NCBI GenBank assembly: GCA_002269645.1
Contig: NIVC01005008.1
Location: 1-28,641, forward strand
From: Macrostomum lignano
Taxonomy: Eukaryota
DNA length: 28,641 nucleotides
Direction of reading: 5' to 3'
Below the pieces are notes generated by a model. That model did no database searches. It worked only from the letters and a program-made list of their open reading frames with translations, and had not been told where the DNA came from. The position numbers and the translations under genes were made by a program. Below are positions 1 through 10,662 of this stretch, in pieces. How positions within the stretch are numbered: the stretch's first letter is position 1; each line of letters begins with the position of its first letter.

Positions 1-38
1 GTATCCGGTCTGAACAATGCAAATATTCATAATATCAA
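1..38. other. Only non-repetitive sequence in the window (left flank of the array)
   Basis: GTATCCGGTCTGAACAATGCAAATATTCATAATATCAA does not align to the unit; similarity starts at AGC (39-41). It is too short to assign a function or organism. Confidence 0.9.
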
Positions 39-51
39 AGCAGTAGCTTTG
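36..51. other. Inverted repeat CAAAGC-AGTA-GCTTTG spanning the flank/array junction
   Basis: CAAAGC (36-41) is the exact reverse complement of GCTTTG (46-51), with a 4-nt spacer. It exists only at the first unit; internal units keep just the 3-bp AGC/GCT part. Confidence 0.85.
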
Positions 52-959
52 GCGCCTATTAGCAGTAGCTTTAACGCTCTATTAGCAGTAGCTTTGGCGC
101 CTTATTAGCAGTAGCTTTGGCGCTCTATTAGCAGTAGCTTTGGCGCTCTATTAGCAGTAGCTTTGGCGCTCTATTAGCAGTAGCTTTGGTCCCTATTAGC
201 AGTAGCTTTGGTGCTCTATTAGCAGTAGCTTTGGCGCCTATTAGCAGTAGCTTTGGCGCTCTATTAGCAGTAGCTTTGGCGCTCTATTAGCAGTAGCTTT
301 GGCCCTATTAGCAGTAGCTTTGGCCCTATTAGCAGTAGCTTTGGTGCCCTATTAGCAGTAGCTTTGGTGCCCTATTAGCAGTAGCTTTGGTGCCCTATTA
401 GCAGTAGCTTTGGTGCCTATTAGCAGTAGCTTTGGCGCCTATTAGCAGTAGCTTTGGCGCTCTATTAGCAGTAGCTTTGGCGCTCTATTAGCAGTAGCTT
501 TGGCGCTCTATTAGCAGTAGCTTTGGCGCTCTATTAGCAGTAGCTTTGGCGCTCTATTAGCAGTAGCTTTGGCCCTATTAGCAGTAGCTTTGGCGCTCTA
601 TTAGCAGTAGCTTTGGCGCCTATTAGCAGTAGCTTTGGTGCCCTATTAGCAGTAGCTTTGGTGCCTATTAGCAGTAGCTTTGGTGCCCTATTAGCAGTAG
701 CTTTGGCCTATTAGCAGTAGCTTTGGTGCCTATTAGCAGTAGCTTTGGTCCCCTATTAGCAGTAGCTTTGGCGCTCTATTAGCAGTAGCTTTGGCGCTCT
801 ATTAGCAGTAGCTTTGGCGCTCTATTAGCAGTAGCTTTGGCGCCTTATTAGCAGTAGCTTTGGCGCTCTATTAGCAGTAGCTTTGGCGCTCTATTAGCAG
901 TAGCTTTGGCGCCTATTAGCAGTAGCTTTGGCGCTCTATTAGCAGTAGCTTTGGCGCTC

Positions 960-1646
960 TATTAGCAGTAGCTTTGGCGTCTATTAGCAGTAGCTTTGGT
1001 GCCCTATTAGCAGTAGCTTTGGCCCTATTAGCAGTAGCTTTGGCGCTCTATTAGCAGTAGCTTTGGTGCCCTATTAGCAGTAGCTTTGGCGCTCATTAGC
1101 AGTAGCTTTGGCGCTCTATTAGCAGTAGCTTTGGCCCTATTAGCAGTAGCTTTGGCCCTATTAGCAGTAGCTTTGGCCCTATTAGCAGTAGCTTTGGGCC
1201 CTATTAGCAGTAGCTTTGGCCCTATTAGCAGTAGCTTTGGCGCTCTATTAGCAGTAGCTTTGGCGCTCTATTAGCAGTAGCTTTGGCGCTCTATTAGCAG
1301 TAGCTTTGGCGCCTTATTAGCAGTAGCTTTGGCGCTCTATTAGCAGTAGCTTTGGCGCCTTATTAGCAGTAGCTTTGGCGCTCTATTAGCAGTAGCTTTG
1401 GCGCTCTATTAGCAGTAGCTTTGGCGCTCTATTAGCAGTAGCTTTGGTGCCCTATTAGCAGTAGCTTTGGCGCTATTAGCAGTAGCTTTGGCGCCTATTA
1501 GCAGTAGCTTTGGCCCTATTAGCAGTAGCTTTGGCGCCTTATTAGCAGTAGCTTTGGCGTCTATTAGCAGTAGCTTTGGTGCCCTATTAGCAGTAGCTTT
1601 GGCCCTATTAGCAGTAGCTTTGGCGCTCTATTAGCAGTAGCTTTGG
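960..1646. repeat. Internal repeated variant string: 960-1066 identical to 1540-1646 (linkers CGTC, TGCCC, CCC, CGCTC)
   Basis: 107-bp identity at offset 580, including the rare CGTC linker (seen only 4 times in the window). Confidence 0.7.
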
Positions 1647-2670
1647 CGCTCTATTAGCAGTAGCTTTGGCGCTCTATTAGCAGTAGCTTTGGCGCTCTAT
1701 TAGCAGTAGCTTTGGCGCTCTATTAGCAGTAGCTTTGGCGCTCTATTAGCAGTAGCTTTGGCGCTCTATTAGCAGTAGCTTTGGCGCTCTATTAGCAGTA
1801 GCTTTGGTGCCCTATTAGCAGTAGCTTTGGCGCTCTATTAGCAGTAGCTTTGGCGCTCTATTAGCAGTAGCTTTGGCCCTATTAGCAGTAGCTTTGGCGC
1901 TCTATTAGCAGTAGCTTTGGCGCTCTATTAGCAGTAGCTTTGGCGCTCTATTAGCAGTAGCTTTGGTGCCTATTAGCAGTAGCTTTGGCGCTCTATTAGC
2001 AGTAGCTTTGGCCTCTATTAGCAGTAGCTTTGGTGCCTATTAGCAGTAGCTTTGGTGCCCTATTAGCAGTAGCTTTGGTGCCCTATTAGCAGTAGCTTTG
2101 GTGCCTATTAGCAGTAGCTTTGGCCCTATTAGCAGTAGCTTTGGCGCTCTATTAGCAGTAGCTTTGGCGCTCTATTAGCAGTAGCTTTGGCGCTCTATTA
2201 GCAGTAGCTTTGGCGCCTATTAGCAGTAGCTTTGGCGCTCTATTAGCAGTAGCTTTGGCGCTCTATTAGCAGTAGCTTTGGCGCCTATTAGCAGTAGCTT
2301 TGGCGCTCTATTAGCAGTAGCTTTGGCGCCCTATTAGCAGTAGCTTTGGTGCCCTATTAGCAGTAGCTTTGGCGCCTTATTAGCAGTAGCTTTGGTGCCC
2401 TATTAGCAGTAGCTTTGGCGCCCTATTAGCAGTAGCTTTGGCGCCTATTAGCAGTAGCTTTGGCCCTATTAGCAGTAGCTTTGGCGCTCTATTAGCAGTA
2501 GCTTTGGCGCTCTATTAGCAGTAGCTTTGGCGCTCTATTAGCAGTAGCTTTGGCGCCTATTAGCAGTAGCTTTGGCGCTCTATTAGCAGTAGCTTTGGCG
2601 CCTTATTAGCAGTAGCTTTGGCGCCTATTAGCAGTAGCTTTGGCGCTCTATTAGCAGTAGCTTTGGCGCT

Positions 2671-5600
2671 CTATTAGCAGTAGCTTTGGCGTCTATTAGC
2701 AGTAGCTTTGGCGCCTATTAGCAGTAGCTTTGGCCCTATTAGCAGTAGCTTTGGCGCCTATTAGCAGTAGCTTTGGCGCTCTATTAGCAGTAGCTTTGGC
2801 GCCTATTAGCAGTAGCTTTGGCGCTCTATTAGCAGTAGCTTTGGCGCTTATTAGCAGTAGCTTTGGCGCTCTATTAGCAGTAGCTTTGGCGCTCTATTAG
2901 CAGTAGCTTTGGCGCCTTATTAGCAGTAGCTTTGGCGCTCTATTAGCAGTAGCTTTGGCGCTCTATTAGCAGTAGCTTTGGCGCCTATTAGCAGTAGCTT
3001 TGGCGCCTATTAGCAGTAGCTTTGGCGCTCTATTAGCAGTAGCTTTGGCGCCTATTAGCAGTAGCTTTGGCGCCTATTAGCAGTAGCTTTGGCGCTCTAT
3101 TAGCAGTAGCTTTGGCGCTCTATTAGCAGTAGCTTTGGCGCCTATTAGCAGTAGCTTTGGCGCTCTATTAGCAGTAGCTTTGGCGCCTATTAGCAGTAGC
3201 TTTGGCGCTCTATTAGCAGTAGCTTTGGCGCCTATTAGCAGTAGCTTTGGCGCTCTATTAGCAGTAGCTTTGGCGCTCTATTAGCAGTAGCTTTGGCGCT
3301 CTATTAGCAGTAGCTTTGGTGCCCTATTAGCAGTAGCTTTGGCGCCTATTAGCAGTAGCTTTGGCGCCTATTAGCAGTAGCTTTGGCCCTATTAGCAGTA
3401 GCTTTGGCGCTCTATTAGCAGTAGCTTTGGCGCTCTATTAGCAGTAGCTTTGGCGCTCTATTAGCAGTAGCTTTGGCGCTCTATTAGCAGTAGCTTTGGC
3501 GCCTATTAGCAGTAGCTTTGGCGCTCTATTAGCAGTAGCTTTGGCGCCTATTAGCAGTAGCTTTGGCCCTATTAGCAGTAGCTTTGGCGCTCTATTAGCA
3601 GTAGCTTTGGCGCTCTATTAGCAGTAGCTTTGGCGCTCTATTAGCAGTAGCTTTGGCGCTCTATTAGCAGTAGCTTTGGCGCTCTATTAGCAGTAGCTTT
3701 GGCGCTCTATTAGCAGTAGCTTTGGCGCTCTATTAGCAGTAGCTTTGGCGCCTATTAGCAGTAGCTTTGGCGCTCTATTAGCAGTAGCTTTGGCGCTCTA
3801 TTAGCAGTAGCTTTGGCGCTCTATTAGCAGTAGCTTTGGCGCTCTATTAGCAGTAGCTTTGGCGCTCTATTAGCAGTAGCTTTGGCCCTATTAGCAGTAG
3901 CTTTGGCCCTATTAGCAGTAGCTTTGGCGCCTATTAGCAGTAGCTTTGGCGCCTATTAGCAGTAGCTTTGGCGCTCTATTAGCAGTAGCTTTGGCGCTCT
4001 ATTAGCAGTAGCTTTGGCGCTCTATTAGCAGTAGCTTTGGCGCCCTATTAGCAGTAGCTTTGGCGCCTATTAGCAGTAGCTTTGGCGCCTATTAGCAGTA
4101 GCTTTGGCGCCCTATTAGCAGTAGCTTTGGCCCTATTAGCAGTAGCTTTGGCGCTCTATTAGCAGTAGCTTTGGCGCTCTATTAGCAGTAGCTTTGGCGC
4201 TCTATTAGCAGTAGCTTTGGCGCCTATTAGCAGTAGCTTTGGCGCTCTATTAGCAGTAGCTTTGGCGCCTATTAGCAGTAGCTTTGGCGCCTATTAGCAG
4301 TAGCTTTGGCGCTCTATTAGCAGTAGCTTTGGCGCTCTATTAGCAGTAGCTTTGGCGCTCTATTAGCAGTAGCTTTGGCGCCTATTAGCAGTAGCTTTGG
4401 CGCCTATTAGCAGTAGCTTTGGCGCCTCTATTAGCAGTAGCTTTGGCGCTCTATTAGCAGTAGCTTTGGCGCTATTAGCAGTAGCTTTGGCGCTCTATTA
4501 GCAGTAGCTTTGGCGCCTTATTAGCAGTAGCTTTGGCGCTCTATTAGCAGTAGCTTTGGCGCTCTATTAGCAGTAGCTTTGGCGCTATTAGCAGTAGCTT
4601 TGGCGCCTATTAGCAGTAGCTTTGGCGCTCTATTAGCAGTAGCTTTGGCGCCTATTAGCAGTAGCTTTGGCGCCTATTAGCAGTAGCTTTGGCGCTCTAT
4701 TAGCAGTAGCTTTGGCGCCTATTAGCAGTAGCTTTGGCGCCTATTAGCAGTAGCTTTGGCGCTCTATTAGCAGTAGCTTTGGCGCTCTATTAGCAGTAGC
4801 TTTGGCGCTCTATTAGCAGTAGCTTTGGCGCTCTATTAGCAGTAGCTTTGGCGCTCTATTAGCAGTAGCTTTGGCGCTCTATTAGCAGTAGCTTTGGCGC
4901 TCTATTAGCAGTAGCTTTGGCGCTCTATTAGCAGTAGCTTTGGCGCTCTATTAGCAGTAGCTTTGGCGCTCTATTAGCAGTAGCTTTGGCGCTCTATTAG
5001 CAGTAGCTTTGGCGCCTATTAGCAGTAGCTTTGGCCCTATTAGCAGTAGCTTTGGCGCTCTATTAGCAGTAGCTTTGGCGCTCTATTAGCAGTAGCTTTG
5101 GCGCCTATTAGCAGTAGCTTTGGCGCTCTATTAGCAGTAGCTTTGGCGCCTATTAGCAGTAGCTTTGGCGCTCTATTAGCAGTAGCTTTGGCGCTCTATT
5201 AGCAGTAGCTTTGGCGCTCTATTAGCAGTAGCTTTGGCGCTCTATTAGCAGTAGCTTTGGCGCTCTATTAGCAGTAGCTTTGGCGCTCTATTAGCAGTAG
5301 CTTTGGCGCTCTATTAGCAGTAGCTTTGGCGCTCTATTAGCAGTAGCTTTGGCGCTCTATTAGCAGTAGCTTTGGCGCTCTATTAGCAGTAGCTTTGGCG
5401 CCTATTAGCAGTAGCTTTGGTGCTCTATTAGCAGTAGCTTTGGCGCTCTATTAGCAGTAGCTTTGGCGCTCTATTAGCAGTAGCTTTGGCGCTCTATTAG
5501 CAGTAGCTTTGGCGCTCTATTAGCAGTAGCTTTGGCCCTATTAGCAGTAGCTTTGGCGCTCTATTAGCAGTAGCTTTGGTGCCTATTAGCAGTAGCTTTG

Positions 5601-6998
5601 GCGCTCTATTAGCAGTAGCTTTGGCGCTCTATTAGCAGTAGCTTTGGCGCTCTATTAGCAGTAGCTTTGGCGCTCTATTAGCAGTAGCTTTGGCGCTCTA
5701 TTAGCAGTAGCTTTGGCGCTCTATTAGCAGTAGCTTTGGCGCTCTATTAGCAGTAGCTTTGGCGCTCTATTAGCAGTAGCTTTGGCGCTCTATTAGCAGT
5801 AGCTTTGGCGCTCTATTAGCAGTAGCTTTGGTGCCTATTAGCAGTAGCTTTGGTGCCTATTAGCAGTAGCTTTGGCGCTCTATTAGCAGTAGCTTTGGCG
5901 CTCTATTAGCAGTAGCTTTGGCGCTCTATTAGCAGTAGCTTTGGCGCTATTAGCAGTAGCTTTGGCGCCTATTAGCAGTAGCTTTGGCCCTATTAGCAGT
6001 AGCTTTGGTGCCTATTAGCAGTAGCTTTGGCGCTCTATTAGCAGTAGCTTTGGCGCCTATTAGCAGTAGCTTTGGCGCTCTATTAGCAGTAGCTTTGGCG
6101 CTCTATTAGCAGTAGCTTTGGCCCTATTAGCAGTAGCTTTGGCGCTCTATTAGCAGTAGCTTTGGTGCCCTATTAGCAGTAGCTTTGGCGCCTATTAGCA
6201 GTAGCTTTGGTGCCTATTAGCAGTAGCTTTGGTGCCTATTAGCAGTAGCTTTGGCGCTCTATTAGCAGTAGCTTTGGCGCTCTATTAGCAGTAGCTTTGG
6301 CGCTCTATTAGCAGTAGCTTTGGCCCTATTAGCAGTAGCTTTGGTGCGCTCTATTAGCAGTAGCTTTGGGCCCTATTAGCAGTAGCTTTGGCGCCTATTA
6401 GCAGTAGCTTTGGCGCTCTATTAGCAGTAGCTTTGGCGCTCTATTAGCAGTAGCTTTGGCGCTCTATTAGCAGTAGCTTTGGCGCTATTAGCAGTAGCTT
6501 TGGCGCTCTATTAGCAGTAGCTTTGGCGCCTATTAGCAGTAGCTTTGGCGCTCTATTAGCAGTAGCTTTGGCGCTCTATTAGCAGTAGCTTTGGCGCTAT
6601 TAGCAGTAGCTTTGGCGCTCTATTAGCAGTAGCTTTGGTGCCCTATTAGCAGTAGCTTTGGCGCTCTATTAGCAGTAGCTTTGGCCTATTAGCAGTAGCT
6701 TTGGCGCTCTATTAGCAGTAGCTTTGGCGCCTATTAGCAGTAGCTTTGGCGCTCTATTAGCAGTAGCTTTGGCGCTCTATTAGCAGTAGCTTTGGCGCTC
6801 TATTAGCAGTAGCTTTGGCGCTCTATTAGCAGTAGCTTTGGCGCCTATTAGCAGTAGCTTTGGCGCTCTATTAGCAGTAGCTTTGGCGCCTATTAGCAGT
6901 AGCTTTGGCGTCTATTAGCAGTAGCTTTGGCGCCTATTAGCAGTAGCTTTGGCCCTATTAGCAGTAGCTTTGGCGCCTATTAGCAGTAGCTTTGGCGC
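2671..6998. repeat. Internal repeated variant string: 2671-2779 identical to 6890-6998 (linkers CGTC, CGCC, CCC, CGCC)
   Basis: 109-bp identity at offset 4219, carrying the other two CGTC linkers. Confidence 0.6.
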
Positions 6999-9900
6999 CT
7001 ATTAGCAGTAGCTTTGGCGCTCTATTAGCAGTAGCTTTGGCGCTCTATTAGCAGTAGCTTTGGCGCTCTATTAGCAGTAGCTTTGGCGCTCTATTAGCAG
7101 TAGCTTTGGCGCCTATTAGCAGTAGCTTTGGCGCTCTATTAGCAGTAGCTTTGGCGCCTATTAGCAGTAGCTTTGGCGCTCTATTAGCAGTAGCTTTGGC
7201 GCCTATTAGCAGTAGCTTTGGCGCCTATTAGCAGTAGCTTTGGCGCTCTATTAGCAGTAGCTTTGGCGCTATTAGCAGTAGCTTTGGCGCCTATTAGCAG
7301 TAGCTTTGGCGCTATTAGCAGTAGCTTTGGCGCTCTATTAGCAGTAGCTTTGGCGCTCTATTAGCAGTAGCTTTGGCGCCTATTAGCAGTAGCTTTGGCG
7401 CTCTATTAGCAGTAGCTTTGGCGCTCTATTAGCAGTAGCTTTGGCGCTCTATTAGCAGTAGCTTTGGCGCCTATTAGCAGTAGCTTTGGCGCTCTATTAG
7501 CAGTAGCTTTGGCGCTCTATTAGCAGTAGCTTTGGCGCTCTATTAGCAGTAGCTTTGGCGCTCTATTAGCAGTAGCTTTGGCGCTCTATTAGCAGTAGCT
7601 TTGGCGCTCTATTAGCAGTAGCTTTGGTCTATTAGCAGTAGCTTTGGCGCTCTATTAGCAGTAGCTTTGGCTATTAGCAGTAGCTTTGGCGCCTATTAGC
7701 AGTAGCTTTGGCGCCTATTAGCAGTAGCTTTGGCGCCTATTAGCAGTAGCTTTGGCGCCTATTAGCAGTAGCTTTGGCCCTATTAGCAGTAGCTTTGGCG
7801 CTCTATTAGCAGTAGCTTTGGCGCTCTATTAGCAGTAGCTTTGGCGCTCTATTAGCAGTAGCTTTGGCGCTCTATTAGCAGTAGCTTTGGCGCCTCTATT
7901 AGCAGTAGCTTTGGCGCCTATTAGCAGTAGCTTTGGCGCTCTATTAGCAGTAGCTTTGGCGCTCTATTAGCAGTAGCTTTGGCGCTCTATTAGCAGTAGC
8001 TTTGGCGCCTATTAGCAGTAGCTTTGGCGCTCTATTAGCAGTAGCTTTGGCGCCCTATTAGCAGTAGCTTTGGCGCCTATTAGCAGTAGCTTTGGCGCTC
8101 TATTAGCAGTAGCTTTGGCGCTCTATTAGCAGTAGCTTTGGCGCCTATTAGCAGTAGCTTTGGCGCCTATTAGCAGTAGCTTTGGCGCTCTATTAGCAGT
8201 AGCTTTGGCGCTCTATTAGCAGTAGCTTTGGCGCTCTATTAGCAGTAGCTTTGGCGCTCTATTAGCAGTAGCTTTGGCGCCTATTAGCAGTAGCTTTGGC
8301 GCTCTATTAGCAGTAGCTTTGGCGCTCTATTAGCAGTAGCTTTGGCGCTCTATTAGCAGTAGCTTTGGCGCTCTATTAGCAGTAGCTTTGGCGCTCTATT
8401 AGCAGTAGCTTTGGCGCCTATTAGCAGTAGCTTTGGCGCTCTATTAGCAGTAGCTTTGGCGCTCTATTAGCAGTAGCTTTGGCGCTCTATTAGCAGTAGC
8501 TTTGGCGCCTATTAGCAGTAGCTTTGGCGCCTATTAGCAGTAGCTTTGGCGCTCTATTAGCAGTAGCTTTGGCGCTCTATTAGCAGTAGCTTTGGCGCTC
8601 TATTAGCAGTAGCTTTGGCGCTCTATTAGCAGTAGCTTTGGCGCTCTATTAGCAGTAGCTTTGGCGCTCTATTAGCAGTAGCTTTGGCGCTCTATTAGCA
8701 GTAGCTTTGGCGCTCTATTAGCAGTAGCTTTGGCGCTCTATTAGCAGTAGCTTTGGCGCTCTATTAGCAGTAGCTTTGGCGCTCTATTAGCAGTAGCTTT
8801 GGCGCTCTATTAGCAGTAGCTTTGGCGCTCTATTAGCAGTAGCTTTGGCGCTCTATTAGCAGTAGCTTTGGCGCTCTATTAGCAGTAGCTCTATTAGCAG
8901 TAGCTTTGGCGCTCTATTAGCAGTAGCTTTGGCGCTCTATTAGCAGTAGCTTTGGCGCTCTATTAGCAGTAGCTTTGGCGCCTATTAGCAGTAGCTTTGG
9001 CGCTATTAGCAGTAGCTTTGGCGCCTATTAGCAGTAGCTTTGGCGCCTATTAGCAGTAGCTTTGGCGCTATTAGCAGTAGCTTTGGCGCTCTATTAGCAG
9101 TAGCTTTGGCGCTCTATTAGCAGTAGCTTTGGCGCTCTATTAGCAGTAGCTTTGGCGCTCTATTAGCAGTAGCTTTGGCGCTCTATTAGCAGTAGCTTTG
9201 GCGCTCTATTAGCAGTAGCTTTGGCGCTCTATTAGCAGTAGCTTTGGCGCTCTATTAGCAGTAGCTTTGGCGCTCTATTAGCAGTAGCTTTGGCGCTATT
9301 AGCAGTAGCTTTGGCGCTCTATTAGCAGTAGCTTTGGCGCTCTATTAGCAGTAGCTTTGGCGCCTATTAGCAGTAGCTTTGGCGCCTATTAGCAGTAGCT
9401 TTGGCGCCTATTAGCAGTAGCTTTGGCGCTCTATTAGCAGTAGCTTTGGCGCTCTATTAGCAGTAGCTTTGGCGCTCTATTAGCAGTAGCTTTGGCGCTC
9501 TATTAGCAGTAGCTTTGGCGCCTATTAGCAGTAGCTTTGGCGCTCTATTAGCAGTAGCTTTGGCGCTTATTAGCAGTAGCTTTGGCGCTCTATTAGCAGT
9601 AGCTTTGGCGCTCTATTAGCAGTAGCTTTGGCGCCTATTAGCAGTAGCTTTGGCGCCTATTAGCAGTAGCTTTGGCGCTCTATTAGCAGTAGCTTTGGCG
9701 CTCTATTAGCAGTAGCTTTGGCGCTCTATTAGCAGTAGCTTTGGCGCTCTATTAGCAGTAGCTTTGGCGCTCTATTAGCAGTAGCTTTGGCGCTCTATTA
9801 GCAGTAGCTTTGGCGCTCTATTAGCAGTAGCTTTGGCGCTCTATTAGCAGTAGCTTTGGCGCTCTATTAGCAGTAGCTTTGGCGCCTATTAGCAGTAGCT

Positions 9901-10662
9901 TTGGCGCTCTATTAGCAGTAGCTTTGGCGCTCTATTAGCAGTAGCTTTGGCGCTCTATTAGCAGTAGCTTTGGCGCTCTATTAGCAGTAGCTTTGGCGCC
10001 TATTAGCAGTAGCTTTGGCGCTCTATTAGCAGTAGCTTTGGCGCTCTATTAGCAGTAGCTTTGGCGCTCTATTAGCAGTAGCTTTGGCGCTCTATTAGCA
10101 GTAGCTTTGGCGCCTATTAGCAGTAGCTTTGGCGCTCTATTAGCAGTAGCTTTGGCGCTCTATTAGCAGTAGCTTTGGCGCTCTATTAGCAGTAGCTTTG
10201 GCGCTCTATTAGCAGTAGCTTTGGCGCTCTATTAGCAGTAGCTTTGGCGCTCTATTAGCAGTAGCTTTGGCGCTCTATTAGCAGTAGCTTTGGCGCTCTA
10301 TTAGCAGTAGCTTTGGCGCTCTATTAGCAGTAGCTTTGGCGCTCTATTAGCAGTAGCTTTGGCGCTCTATTAGCAGTAGCTTTGGCGCTCTATTAGCAGT
10401 AGCTTTGGCGCTCTATTAGCAGTAGCTTTGGCGCTCTATTAGCAGTAGCTTTGGCGCTCTATTAGCAGTAGCTTTGGCGCTCTATTAGCAGTAGCTTTGG
10501 CGCCTATTAGCAGTAGCTTTGGCGCTCTATTAGCAGTAGCTTTGGCGCTCTATTAGCAGTAGCTTTGGCGCTCTATTAGCAGTAGCTTTGGCGCTCTATT
10601 AGCAGTAGCTTTGGCGCTCTATTAGCAGTAGCTTTGGCGCTATTAGCAGTAGCTTTGGCGCC

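Noticed and set aside
17-24. Octamer motif ATGCAAAT
   Set aside because: It is a single 8-mer with no context or evidence of a eukaryotic promoter.
10-44. Library adapter/primer remnant (SMART oligo AAGCAGTGGT..., nanopore adapter ...CTGAACG...)
   Set aside because: Only AAGCAGT (38-44) and CTGAAC (10-15) are shared; such 6-7-nt matches are expected by chance and do not extend.
36-51. Intrinsic terminator
   Set aside because: The stem is only 6 bp and half A/T, with no U-tract after it on either strand (GCGCC on +, ATATT on -).
1086-1274. Supplied 62-aa ORF (MALISSSFGALLAVAL...)
   Set aside because: It is purely a translation of the repeat. It stays open only because of a 1-nt core deletion at ~1095 and several 21-bp CCC units. 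It has a TTG start and no RBS; its hydrophobicity is a by-product.
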